From a virus: a stretch of 64,000 bases of DNA. Numbering within the stretch: position 1 is the first letter of the stretch; every line of letters begins with the position of its first letter. The notes below the pieces were generated by a model. It did not search any database. It was not told where the DNA came from and worked only from the letters and a program-made list of their open reading frames with translations. This document shows positions 49,624-59,027 of the stretch, one piece after another. The translations under genes and the position numbers were made by a program. The stretch covers positions 87,374 to 151,373 of IMG/VR virus record IMGVR_UViG_3300017917_004503; one strand, given 5' to 3'.

Positions 49624-50634
49624 ATGAGTAATTTAGACATCTTTAATTTGGACGCTGATGCGTTCGTAACTAAACCACAATCACAATCAGGAGGAAAGGA
49701 TTTAGATCTTTACAAACCTTATCCAGAAGACGGAAAGGACGGAGTTTACAAATCTCTTATCAGATTCGTACCGAATCCTGTTAATGCAGCAAAATCCAAG
49801 GTTCACAAGTACTACGTTTATTTGACTGATCCTTCTTCCGGGAACTCTTTCTCTGTAGATTGTCCTTCAACAGTTGGTAAAAAATCAATTCTAAAAGACC
49901 TTTTCTGGAAGCTCAAGAACTCACATTCTGCAGCAGACCAAGAACTTTCTAAAAAATTTGCCAGAAAGGAAGATTATTATTCTTTAGTTCAAATCGTTCA
50001 AGATAAAAATAAACCTGAGCTTGAAGGTAAAATCATGATCTTCAAATTTGGTAAGAAACTAAATGATTTGATCGAAGCCCAGTTAAAACCTGAATATGGA
50101 GATTCTTGTAACCCTTATGATTTATTTGAGGGTAGAGAGTTTGCAATTCATGTTAGAAAAGTTGGCGAATGGAATAACTACGATCTTTGCTCTTTTGTAG
50201 GCGAAAGAACTCCTATTAAAATTAATGGTGTTCCTATGCAGAAAAATCAAGATGATATGAAATCGATCATTGATTATTTAAACGAAGGTCCTAAGAATCT
50301 AACATCTTTTGATTATAAAGATTGGGACGATGAAACCCATGAAAAGGTTTTGGGAGTTATTAAAAGCACTGTCCCTGAAGCAAGAATAGTTAATGAGATC
50401 ATCTCTGGTGCTAACGCATCTACTTCTAAATCAACTTCTACTCCGAGCACACCGCCAGCTAACCCTAGCCCTAGCTCTAATCCTAAACCATCTGAGGTTT
50501 CTAATGACTTCTACGCTGAAGCTAACATGACTAAGGTTGGATCTAATAAAAACGATTCAGCTCCACCTTCTCCTCAGAGATCAACCCCGAATTCTTCGAT
50601 GTCATCTTTAGAGGATCTATATAACGATCTATAA
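49624..50634 (+). CDS. single-stranded DNA-binding protein, T4 gp32-like
   Basis: LIRFVP, PELEGKIMIFKFGKKL, NPYDLFEG, NNYD and acidic C-terminal tail. Confidence 0.85.
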   Translation: MSNLDIFNLDADAFVTKPQSQSGGKDLDLYKPYPEDGKDGVYKSLIRFVPNPVNAAKSKVHKYYVYLTDPSSGNSFSVDCPSTVGKKSILKDLFWKLKNSHSAADQELSKKFARKEDYYSLVQIVQDKNKPELEGKIMIFKFGKKLNDLIEAQLKPEYGDSCNPYDLFEGREFAIHVRKVGEWNNYDLCSFVGERTPIKINGVPMQKNQDDMKSIIDYLNEGPKNLTSFDYKDWDDETHEKVLGVIKSTVPEARIVNEIISGANASTSKSTSTPSTPPANPSPSSNPKPSEVSNDFYAEANMTKVGSNKNDSAPPSPQRSTPNSSMSSLEDLYNDL

Positions 50635-50647
50635 AAAATTTCAAATC

Positions 50648-50679
50648 AGGACAGTTCTATAACGGGACTGTCCTTTTTT
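50648..50679 (+). terminator. intrinsic terminator
   Basis: AGGACAGTTC / GGACTGTCCT stem followed by a T run. Confidence 0.7.
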
Positions 50680-50687
50680 AATTTAAG

Positions 50688-51752
50688 ATGGAAGTAGAAA
50701 AAATCGAAAGATTTGTTCATGAAATTCTTGTTAAAGAATTTCACAACAATCCGGGGAAACAAAATGTTTTCAAGGCAGGAAATCGCTTGAATTTTTCTTG
50801 TCCATATTGTGGAGATTCTATAGATCCCAGAAAGAAGAGAGGAAACTTCTATTTAGATACTCTTGCATACAAATGCTATAACGGAGGATGTGGTATATTT
50901 AAAGATCTATTAAGTTTTTTCAGAGATTTTGGATTTTATAATAAACTATCATCTGATGATAAGAATGATGTTAAAGCCATCTTAGATGAGAATAGAAACA
51001 AGAGGAGAACCATTTACGGGAAGGTTGATATTTCATATTTTTTTGAAAATGACATTTCCAATATTCTCATAGACAGAAAGTATTTCATGGAATCTCTAAA
51101 GCTTCAAGAAGTTTATGGCTCTAAGATCCAGAAATACATTCAGAGAAGAGGTCAAAAATTAGATTCTAGATTTGCTTGGGATCCTAAGTATGAGAGACTC
51201 TATCTTTTTAATCTTACTCCCGATGATAAAATATTGGGACTTCAAGTTAGAAATATGGATTCTTTTAAAGGATCTAGTAAATATTTAACATATAAACTCA
51301 GCGGGATTTATGAAAAAATCTTAAAAATTAACGATGAGAAAATCATCGAAGAAGCAAAGACTGTAGATCCAATCTCTCATGTTTTTGGTATCGGATTTTT
51401 AGATTTTGGCCTTGATATTACAGTTTTTGAAGGTCCAATGGATTCTTGGCTTTGGCCGAATTCTGTTGGATTGTGCTCAGTTGAAAACCGATTTCCATTC
51501 GAAGTTGAAAACGTTCGATTTTGGTATGACTGGGATAAAGCAGGTAATGACAAATCAGTTGAATTGTTAAGTAAGGGCCAAAGCGTTTTTAATTGGGGAA
51601 AATTTCTAGAAGAGAATGATATAACTAAGAATAGAAAATGGGATTTGAATGACCTTGTCATACATCTTAGATCGACTGGAAAAAAAATAAAAAGATTTGA
51701 AAAATATTTTACAGATGATGCACTTGACCTTGGATACTTTATTGACAAATGA
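50688..51752 (+). CDS. DNA primase, T4 gp61-like
   Basis: CPYCGDS...KCYNGGC Zn ribbon; TOPRIM FEGPMDS and DWDKAG. Confidence 0.85.
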   Translation: MEVEKIERFVHEILVKEFHNNPGKQNVFKAGNRLNFSCPYCGDSIDPRKKRGNFYLDTLAYKCYNGGCGIFKDLLSFFRDFGFYNKLSSDDKNDVKAILDENRNKRRTIYGKVDISYFFENDISNILIDRKYFMESLKLQEVYGSKIQKYIQRRGQKLDSRFAWDPKYERLYLFNLTPDDKILGLQVRNMDSFKGSSKYLTYKLSGIYEKILKINDEKIIEEAKTVDPISHVFGIGFLDFGLDITVFEGPMDSWLWPNSVGLCSVENRFPFEVENVRFWYDWDKAGNDKSVELLSKGQSVFNWGKFLEENDITKNRKWDLNDLVIHLRSTGKKIKRFEKYFTDDALDLGYFIDK

Positions 51753-51990
51753 TCCTAGCTCTGGCTTAGATATGACTGGTGAATGGGAAGAAGAATGTAA
51801 CATTCGAAATTCTCCTAAAATGAAATTTCCATTGAAGCTCATAGATGATTCTATGGAAAAAGTAGATCTAACGTTTGGAGAACCTGAATTAAAAGATCCA
51901 GAACCCAAAAAGAAAAAAAAGTTACAAGATCACAAAATTATAAATGTTGGACAGGGTTCCAAAAAAGAAAAAAAGAAAAGATTATTCTAA
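51742..51990 (+). CDS. small basic hypothetical protein
   Basis: Fills the gap between primase and UvsY; start uncertain (TTG 51742 or ATG 51772). Confidence 0.4.
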   Translation: MTNDPSSGLDMTGEWEEECNIRNSPKMKFPLKLIDDSMEKVDLTFGEPELKDPEPKKKKKLQDHKIINVGQGSKKEKKKRLF

Positions 51991-52433
51991 TGTCAACAGA
52001 AAAAACAGATTTTAATAAACTCTTTGAACAAGAGAGATCAGAGTGGAAAGAAAACATTCAGGTTATAGCCCTTCAAATGAAAGATATCAAAACTCTTGCT
52101 AAAGCTCAGGTTGATCTTTTTAGTCAGAGACAGATTTTACTTGAATATAGTTATAAACTAGCCTCAATAGTTACTAAACTAAATTCTAAACTAAGTTCAG
52201 AAAAAGCTAAAAAATTAAGAGAATATTCTGAAAGAACTGATGTTAGATATGGTTCGACAGAAAAAAACGTTTTGATCGAGGGTGATTTAACGGAGATCTC
52301 CGAAAAAATAGAACTTGTGGAGGGACATAGAAAATTTTTAGATCAAACTGTGCAAACTGTTGACCATATGCTTTACGCAATAAAAAATAGGATTGCACTG
52401 GAAGATTATCTAAGAGGATCTACAGTAAAATAA
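51990..52433 (+). CDS. uvsY: recombination mediator, UvsY-like
   Basis: Helical 147 aa ending YAIKNRIALEDY; adjacent to UvsW as in T4-like phages. Confidence 0.6.
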   Translation: MSTEKTDFNKLFEQERSEWKENIQVIALQMKDIKTLAKAQVDLFSQRQILLEYSYKLASIVTKLNSKLSSEKAKKLREYSERTDVRYGSTEKNVLIEGDLTEISEKIELVEGHRKFLDQTVQTVDHMLYAIKNRIALEDYLRGSTVK

Positions 52434-52465
52434 GTGTAAATTTAGATTTACCGAAGTAAAATTAA

Positions 52466-54007
52466 ATGATTAAGTTTCAAATTACAGAAGACCAGCAATG
52501 GATGCTATTAACGGAGGCATTGGATGAGGTTGAAAAAAAGCAAATTGAGATTTCACTGACCCAAAAAATCCACAATTTTTATTTCCATCCTCTTGTTAAA
52601 AAGAAGATATGGGATGGTAGTATATGCTTTATAGAGAAAAAGGGTACATCCTGGAGAATCCCTATTGGTCTATGGCGGGAGGTCCTACAAATAGGAGATT
52701 CTTACAACATAAAAATTGAAATTGAAGGTCTCGATAATCTCATTTTTTCAGAATTGACTTTGGAGGATTTTACTGATTGGGTTAATAAATTTTTCGATGG
52801 GTCAGATAAACCACCGAGAGATTATCAAATAGAAACCGCTTGGAAAATAATAAGGTTTAGATATTCAGTTTCAGAAGTTGCAACTTCCTCTGGCAAAACA
52901 TTAATATCTTTTATGGTTTTTGCTTGGCTTAAACAATTTGGATATATTCGAAAATTTCTTATGATAGTACCAAGCACGAATTTAGTTTTTCAGGGCAGCG
53001 ACGATTTCATAGATTATGGCATAGATAAATTGGGATCCAAAATACAGCAAATAGGTGGAGGATCAAAACTAAGAGATGGGTGTGATGTTGTTATTGGAAC
53101 TTTTCAATCCCTTGTTAAACAAGATCCTGAATTTTTTGATGAAGTTGATCTAGTTTTTGTCGATGAAGCTCATCACACAAATAGCATGTCAATAAAAAAG
53201 ATAGTTGCTAATTGTATGAAGTCTAAATGGAGATTTGGACTTACCGGAACTTTAACTAAAAAAGGAACTGCAGATTATCTAACAGTTCAGCAATTTCTCG
53301 GTCCTTTGATTGTAGAGATCCCACCAAGCTTTTTATTTGCCAATAACTACGCTACTCCTGTGAATATTAAAATCGTTCAAATGGATTGGTTAGAGACAGA
53401 ATACAAGAATAAGCTTGCTGATTTAAAACAGAATAATAAGAACAGTCCAACTGAAAATAAACTAGAGGGAAATGAATTCTATAATATAGAAAGGAAACTT
53501 GTCGTTGAAAGCCGGAAGAGGTTAAACTTTGTAGTTGATTTCATCAATAAAACCTCTAAAAATTCTTTGGTCTTATTTCAATCTGTAAAAGACGAGTATG
53601 GTAAACAGATCTGGAATATGTTAAGAGAAAAAAGCTCAGAAAAGGAAGTGTTTTATGTTGATGGTGAAACTAGTGAAAATCTAAGAGAAGAATTCAAATC
53701 TAGAATGGCATCAGGAACCAATAAAATTCTGGTCGCTACTTACGGAACTTTTTCTACAGGTATTTCGATAAATAACCTTCATAATATTTTTTTAGTAGAG
53801 TCTTACAAAAGTGAGGTTTTGATTAAACAAAGCTTAGGAAGAGGTATGAGAAAAATGGACGGGAAAGAAAAAGTAAACGTTATAGATTTTGTTGATGATT
53901 TTTCTACACCTAAATATCAAAATTATCTCATGAAGCACAGTGAAGCAAGAATACAGATATATCAGAAAGAAGGTTTCGAGTACAAGATATTTAAAGTAAA
54001 ACTTTAA
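52466..54007 (+). CDS. uvsW: SF2 DNA helicase UvsW
   Basis: WDG.I, PRDYQ, ATSSGKT, DEAH, GLTGT, FSTGISI and QSLGRGMR. Confidence 0.9.
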   Translation: MIKFQITEDQQWMLLTEALDEVEKKQIEISLTQKIHNFYFHPLVKKKIWDGSICFIEKKGTSWRIPIGLWREVLQIGDSYNIKIEIEGLDNLIFSELTLEDFTDWVNKFFDGSDKPPRDYQIETAWKIIRFRYSVSEVATSSGKTLISFMVFAWLKQFGYIRKFLMIVPSTNLVFQGSDDFIDYGIDKLGSKIQQIGGGSKLRDGCDVVIGTFQSLVKQDPEFFDEVDLVFVDEAHHTNSMSIKKIVANCMKSKWRFGLTGTLTKKGTADYLTVQQFLGPLIVEIPPSFLFANNYATPVNIKIVQMDWLETEYKNKLADLKQNNKNSPTENKLEGNEFYNIERKLVVESRKRLNFVVDFINKTSKNSLVLFQSVKDEYGKQIWNMLREKSSEKEVFYVDGETSENLREEFKSRMASGTNKILVATYGTFSTGISINNLHNIFLVESYKSEVLIKQSLGRGMRKMDGKEKVNVIDFVDDFSTPKYQNYLMKHSEARIQIYQKEGFEYKIFKVKL

Positions 54008-54014
54008 AATTTTG

Positions 54015-54022
54015 GATATATA
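54015..54022 (+). promoter_or_regulatory. putative late promoter GATATATA
   Basis: Recurrent intergenic motif. Confidence 0.55.
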
Positions 54023-54038
54023 AAAGAAAAAACTCGGA

Positions 54039-54569
54039 ATGAGACTCGAAAAATTTGATAATTTTACATCTAAAATTCAAGAAAATGAATATAGCTACTA
54101 TGGAGGAAATACTTCTTTTAGTCGCTGGCTAAGAAGAATTGATGATAAACTTGATAGTGAATATAGAAGTTTAAAGGGCGACGATAAACCTTCTAATGAT
54201 TTAGGAGCTAGAACCCTAAAGATGGCTTCCGCTGGTATTCCGCTCTTTTCTAGACTGATAACTAGCGGTGGTGCAGCTATAGCTGATTTCTTTTTTAAGG
54301 GAAAGGACAGATCTAGATATTCTAGAATGTCTAAACAAGAGCTCAGAAAACATAAAAAAGATGTTTTGGAAGATTGGGAGGAAGAGACCATTAAAAACAA
54401 AAAGGTTACCGAAAAAGACGCCGAGGAATTTTATAAATCTGGTGTTCTAAAAGGAAAGAAATATTTTGGTGAAAAATACGATCCAAGAACTCCCGAAGGA
54501 GACGATCAAAAAGAATACACTGAATACTTTACTTCAGCTATGAAAAAATATTACCAATCTCTCAAATAA
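54039..54569 (+). CDS. hypothetical protein with capsid-targeting-like N-terminus
   Basis: MRLEKFDNFTSKIQENE leader. Confidence 0.5.
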   Translation: MRLEKFDNFTSKIQENEYSYYGGNTSFSRWLRRIDDKLDSEYRSLKGDDKPSNDLGARTLKMASAGIPLFSRLITSGGAAIADFFFKGKDRSRYSRMSKQELRKHKKDVLEDWEEETIKNKKVTEKDAEEFYKSGVLKGKKYFGEKYDPRTPEGDDQKEYTEYFTSAMKKYYQSLK

Positions 54570-54571
54570 CT

Positions 54572-55504
54572 ATGCCAAAAAGAATATTAAATTTTTCACA
54601 TTTTGAAAGAATTTTTGAGGGAGGATCTGCAATCAAATCATCTAGGAGAATTCGTGAGGATGAGTTTGAAAAAACGCTAGAGACCATACAAGATTTACTT
54701 TTTCCTATTATCGGAATGGATCCTGAAAAAATGGGCAAAGAATATATTGTGATTGGAAGTATAGGTAAAAAGAAAGAAGCCTCTGATACTTCTGGCGATC
54801 TTGATATAGGTTATGATGGAGTTTCTTTTGCTAGAAGACAAGGAATTAGCTATAAAGAATGCTCAAAGAGAATGTATGAACTTATTTCGCAATCTCTTCC
54901 CGAAGTTTTAGGCTATGATATTGAAATTAAATATATGCCAGGTCTAAATATTACTAGTTTGGGATGGCCTATAGAGGGTGAGGAAAATAAAGGTGTGGTT
55001 CAACTTGACCTTATACCTTTATCTGATATGGATTGGGCTAAATTTATTTATTACTCCCCTGACTATAAAAAATCCGAGAGCAAATATAAATCTGCCCATC
55101 GTAATTGGCTTCTGGCTTCAATACTTTCAGCTAGAAAAAATGTCATAGAAAGAGACGAAGAAGGAGAGATAATGGATTATGAAAAACCTGTTTTAATTCT
55201 TAGCGATGGAATTTATTGGCATAAAAAGTCATATAAAGGATCTAGGATTCCTAGATTAAAACACTCTAAAAAAATTGAGGGAAGCGAAAGATTTATTACC
55301 AACGATCCTCAAGAATTTATAGACTTTACACTAGGTCCAGGATATACCCAGGAGGATGTTAAAACTTTTGAACAGGTTCTAAAGATTATAGAAGATCCTA
55401 AATTTGAACTTCATGATCAATTACCAGAAATAAAGGAAACTTTTCTCCAGTACTTAGAAAGAGTTGGATTGGAAATACCATCCGAAATAAATAGAATAGC
55501 ATAA
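54572..55504 (+). CDS. Pol-beta-superfamily nucleotidyltransferase-like protein
   Basis: GSIGKK...SGDLDIG (GS + DxD) and VQLDL (third Asp). Confidence 0.6.
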   Translation: MPKRILNFSHFERIFEGGSAIKSSRRIREDEFEKTLETIQDLLFPIIGMDPEKMGKEYIVIGSIGKKKEASDTSGDLDIGYDGVSFARRQGISYKECSKRMYELISQSLPEVLGYDIEIKYMPGLNITSLGWPIEGEENKGVVQLDLIPLSDMDWAKFIYYSPDYKKSESKYKSAHRNWLLASILSARKNVIERDEEGEIMDYEKPVLILSDGIYWHKKSYKGSRIPRLKHSKKIEGSERFITNDPQEFIDFTLGPGYTQEDVKTFEQVLKIIEDPKFELHDQLPEIKETFLQYLERVGLEIPSEINRIA

Positions 55505-55524
55505 AAGGACCAAATTTTAAAAAT

Positions 55525-57546
55525 ATGTCAGGAATAAGCCATTTATATGATCTTTATAATAAGAAAGGAAAGGAGTTCATCAATGAACTTTTTACCAATT
55601 ATGTAACGGTAAACGAAAAAATGGACGGCTCTGCTTTCATGTTTGAGAGAGACCCAGAGACGGGAAAATTTACGTTTTATAAAAGAGATCAAAGAACTCC
55701 TATCACACTTATAGATAGGACACTCATGAAATATTATGAGAAACCCATTCAATACATAGAATCACTTCCTGTTCATATAATTAAGGAAATTCCCAGAGGC
55801 TGGAGATTCGGATTGGAATATTTCGCTAATAATGCCCCTGTTGAGATAGTCTATGACGAAATCCCTAAAAACAATCTCATTTTATCTTACATCCATAAAA
55901 GAGACGAAGATGGAAAAATTAGAGGAACCATACAAGAAAAAGAAAGTTTAGATAACTGGGCAGATCTTCTAGGTGTTGAAAGACCGCCTATTATCTTTCA
56001 GGGTTATCTAAATGATGAACAAAAAAGACAGATTGTAGATTTTCTTCAAACCCCTTTCGAAGATTTGTTACAAGAATATAAAACCAAAAGTTTTGTAGCT
56101 TTTATAGTTGGAGTTCTTAATCCTGAATTAAAGAAGACTGCTTTAAATTTTGATCTTGAAAAACCTATCGAAGGTATAGTTTTTAGATTCGGAGACGAAT
56201 CATCTGATAAAGAACCAATTCTATCCAAGATGGTTGATCCGATTTTCACAGAAATGGCTAAAAATAAAGCTAGAAAAAAGATAGATGAAAAACCAAGCGA
56301 TTTTCTAGGCTTAACCCTTTTAGATGTTATGAATTTCATCTTAGAAAAAGGCGTCAATAGTTTTGAATCTCGAGGTAAAACAGAGGATCAAAGATACATT
56401 TCTTTTATATCTGATGTTTTTTCCAAATTTCTTGATGAGTATGCTTATAAATACAAAGGGGCCGATTTTCAAGAACCTGAATATCTGAAGAAGGATGAAT
56501 TCAGACTTAATAAGTCACTTATAAACGATAAAAGGGTTTTAAGCTATCTTGATCAAGATGAATCCTTCGAATCCCTCTTTAAGCTTATTTTAAACTCTTT
56601 TAGGAAGATTAAGAAGAGATCCGGAGGAATAATTACCCCTGGTATAATAAATCAATTTAATGATGTTGTAAAGGACATAGAAAAGAAAGTCTCTGTGGAT
56701 CAACCAAAGCTTCAAATAATGGAATCCGAATTACCTTCTTTTATGGACTTTAAAAAGTTGAATTTTCCAGACAAGAAGGTAGAATATGTTACTTCGGAAA
56801 ACGAAGATCCAAAAGATGACCATTTTTACTCTTATAATGAATTCATAACTGCTTTAGAAACAATAGACACAACTCCTAAAAAAGAGGTTGTTGTTAATGA
56901 AGTTGACGAATCTGACAAAAAAGATCTCAAGGAGGTTAATCTTATAGTTGGTAGATTCCAGCCTTTTCATAATGGTCATTTAAAAATGGCAAAAGTTATG
57001 AAGGAAAAAAATGATTTACCTAGCATAGTTGCTGTTATACATCCTGGACACAACAAATCAGGAAAATCTCCATTTCCTCAGGATCTAGTTTCCAAATACA
57101 TGGAAAGTGTTGTTAAGGAAAATCCTGATGTGATCGAGGGTTTTTATATGTCACCTCGTGGACTTCTAGGAGTTCTTTACGGTAAAGCTAAAGAACTTGG
57201 ATATTCAATTAAAGCCATAGCAGCTGGGGATGATCGTTTAGATGACTATAAAAAGCAAGCTGAGTATCTTAAAAAAGCAGGTGGAGATTTCCCGGATGAT
57301 ATAGAAGTAGTTGAAACCCCTCGAACTACTAGTGGGACTGAAGTTAGAAACCATCTACAAAATGAAGACTATTTAGCTTTTAAAAAATCAGTTCCATCTG
57401 GAGTTTCTGCACTTTATAATCAACTCCTTTCTTCCGTAACTGGAAAATCTATACAAGAATCTGAACAAGTTCTACTAACAGAAAGCGATAAAGCCATAAA
57501 GCAAATGAAAAAGCTTTCCTCCGTTAAAAAAAATAACTCAAAATGA
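55525..57546 (+). CDS. fusion of an RNA/DNA-ligase-like adenylation domain and a HIGH-family cytidylyl/adenylyltransferase
   Basis: EKMDGS (motif I), EGIVF (motif IV) and SKMVD in the N-terminal part; GRFQPFHNGH, GDDR and SGTEVR in the C-terminal part. Confidence 0.7.
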   Translation: MSGISHLYDLYNKKGKEFINELFTNYVTVNEKMDGSAFMFERDPETGKFTFYKRDQRTPITLIDRTLMKYYEKPIQYIESLPVHIIKEIPRGWRFGLEYFANNAPVEIVYDEIPKNNLILSYIHKRDEDGKIRGTIQEKESLDNWADLLGVERPPIIFQGYLNDEQKRQIVDFLQTPFEDLLQEYKTKSFVAFIVGVLNPELKKTALNFDLEKPIEGIVFRFGDESSDKEPILSKMVDPIFTEMAKNKARKKIDEKPSDFLGLTLLDVMNFILEKGVNSFESRGKTEDQRYISFISDVFSKFLDEYAYKYKGADFQEPEYLKKDEFRLNKSLINDKRVLSYLDQDESFESLFKLILNSFRKIKKRSGGIITPGIINQFNDVVKDIEKKVSVDQPKLQIMESELPSFMDFKKLNFPDKKVEYVTSENEDPKDDHFYSYNEFITALETIDTTPKKEVVVNEVDESDKKDLKEVNLIVGRFQPFHNGHLKMAKVMKEKNDLPSIVAVIHPGHNKSGKSPFPQDLVSKYMESVVKENPDVIEGFYMSPRGLLGVLYGKAKELGYSIKAIAAGDDRLDDYKKQAEYLKKAGGDFPDDIEVVETPRTTSGTEVRNHLQNEDYLAFKKSVPSGVSALYNQLLSSVTGKSIQESEQVLLTESDKAIKQMKKLSSVKKNNSK

Positions 57547-58097
57547 AAAGATTAATATCAAATTTCTTAGACTTTAAAATTAATTCCAAATCTGTTAACG
57601 AGTCGGATGGTTTTGGTACCTCGTCATTCCTCTTAAGAAAACAGAGTGACGTGTATAACTATTTTTTCAATATTGAATCTGAAGAAACTAAAGAATCTAT
57701 CGGATTTCATTTAATTATAGGAAAATATTCTGGAAATGAAACAGTTGAAGGTCCTAAAAACTCGTATTGCGTTTTGACTCTCAATCAGATCTCACATGAG
57801 TTAATAGAGGATATTGCGATAGATAAAGAAGATGTTCCACAGTCAAACGATATGCAATTTACAGCAAAGGGCAACGACGTTTCGAGAATTATGGAATACG
57901 TCTCCAAATGTATTTTGAATTACCTGGAACTTAATCCTAAGATATTCATCATTTATGACGAAATACAAAACAACCTTACGTTCAAAGGAAAGGGAGAATA
58001 TCTCGAATTTATGAAGTCTATTATACTCTCATATCTCGGTCCTAAATGGTCAGTTCAACAGGGTTCATCAAAGAAATCTGTAATAATCAGTAGATAA
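57543..58097 (+). CDS. hypothetical protein with capsid-targeting-like N-terminus
   Basis: MKRLISNFLDFKINSKSVNE leader; ATGA overlap with the previous gene. Confidence 0.55.
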   Translation: MKRLISNFLDFKINSKSVNESDGFGTSSFLLRKQSDVYNYFFNIESEETKESIGFHLIIGKYSGNETVEGPKNSYCVLTLNQISHELIEDIAIDKEDVPQSNDMQFTAKGNDVSRIMEYVSKCILNYLELNPKIFIIYDEIQNNLTFKGKGEYLEFMKSIILSYLGPKWSVQQGSSKKSVIISR

Positions 58098-58099
58098 AT

Positions 58100-58127
58100 G
58101 AAACATTTTGGGATTTATCACATAAAA
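58100..58127 (+). promoter_or_regulatory. putative promoter GAAAC-N18-TAAAA
   Basis: Variant of the recurrent bipartite motif. Confidence 0.4.
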
Positions 58128-58151
58128 AATTAAAATCTAATATTTAAAATC

Positions 58152-58331
58152 ATGGAAAAATTCGAACAGATCAAAACGTTGATCGAACAAACACAAGGCG
58201 ACATTGACAAATTTTTTAGTAAAGGCAACAGCTCAGCAGGTACAAGAGTTAGACAAGCTATGCAGGAATTAAAAAAACTTGCCCAAGAAGTAAGAATCGA
58301 AGTTCAAGAAGCAAAAAACAAAAACGTCTAA
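58152..58331 (+). CDS. histone H1-like protein (Hc1 family), 59 aa
   Basis: Translated by hand: MEKFEQIKTLIEQTQGDIDKFFSKGNSSAGTRVRQAMQELKKLAQEVRIEVQEAKNKNV; KGN.AGTR.R signature; absent from the ORF track. Confidence 0.85.
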   Translation: MEKFEQIKTLIEQTQGDIDKFFSKGNSSAGTRVRQAMQELKKLAQEVRIEVQEAKNKNV

Positions 58332-58359
58332 TTTTTCAAACCCTTAAAAAATATATAAG

Positions 58360-58599
58360 ATGAGCTATTACAAAGTAGTCGTAAATTTCGAATCTGGTGA
58401 AGTAAACAAAAACGGTGATCCAGTACACAAAAAAGCAGAATTTTTAGTTTCAGCAGAATCTGTAATAGAGGTTGAAAAGAAAGTCGCTGATTATATGGAT
58501 GGTACCACCGGAGGATCTGAAACTATCCAGATCTCAAAAACAAAAATAGAAGCTGTCATTTTTGACAAAGACAAGTACCATGAGCAACTCCTCAACTAA
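58360..58599 (+). CDS. DUF4494-like protein
   Basis: YYKVVV...EFLVSAESVIEVEKKV...ISKTKIEAV pattern. Confidence 0.6.
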   Translation: MSYYKVVVNFESGEVNKNGDPVHKKAEFLVSAESVIEVEKKVADYMDGTTGGSETIQISKTKIEAVIFDKDKYHEQLLN

Positions 58600-58753
58600 G
58601 TCTGCGGAAACGAGTTCGTATCCTCCTCCAAAGACAATCAGAAAGATCCAAAAAGGAGATAAAGGATATGCTTTCGTAAAGAAAGCTTTCAGTAAGGCCT
58701 TTGAAAACCAAATATTGAGTTTTCAAGATTGGTTAAAAAAAGAACCCATCTAA
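58580..58753 (+). CDS. small hypothetical protein (paralog A)
   Basis: SAETSSYPPP..IQKGDKGY; similar to the next ORF. Confidence 0.55.
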   Translation: MSNSSTKSAETSSYPPPKTIRKIQKGDKGYAFVKKAFSKAFENQILSFQDWLKKEPI

Positions 58754-58999
58754 ATGTCAAAGAAAGAACAAAGTGCAGAAACTAGTTTTTATGCTCCTCC
58801 TCAATCTCCTATTGCTATTCAACCAGGTGATACTGGATTTAAATTAATAGGTAAAGGATATAACAGATTCATCTGGACCTTTGGTGATTGGTATAAGAAG
58901 AAGAAAAAAATAATAGATCCCGATAAAAACTGGGATTTAGCTTCTAAACCAATAACTCCAAAGGAATGGGAGAAAAAACAAAAAGACCTATATCTATAG
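58754..58999 (+). CDS. small hypothetical protein (paralog B)
   Basis: SAETSFYAPP..IQPGDTGF. Confidence 0.6.
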   Translation: MSKKEQSAETSFYAPPQSPIAIQPGDTGFKLIGKGYNRFIWTFGDWYKKKKKIIDPDKNWDLASKPITPKEWEKKQKDLYL

Positions 59000-59008
59000 G
59001 TCTTTTTT
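58980..59008 (+). terminator. putative terminator hairpin
   Basis: AAAAAGACCTATA-TC-TATAGGTCTTTTT. Confidence 0.6.
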
Positions 59009-59027
59009 GTTGATATATAGCTATACA

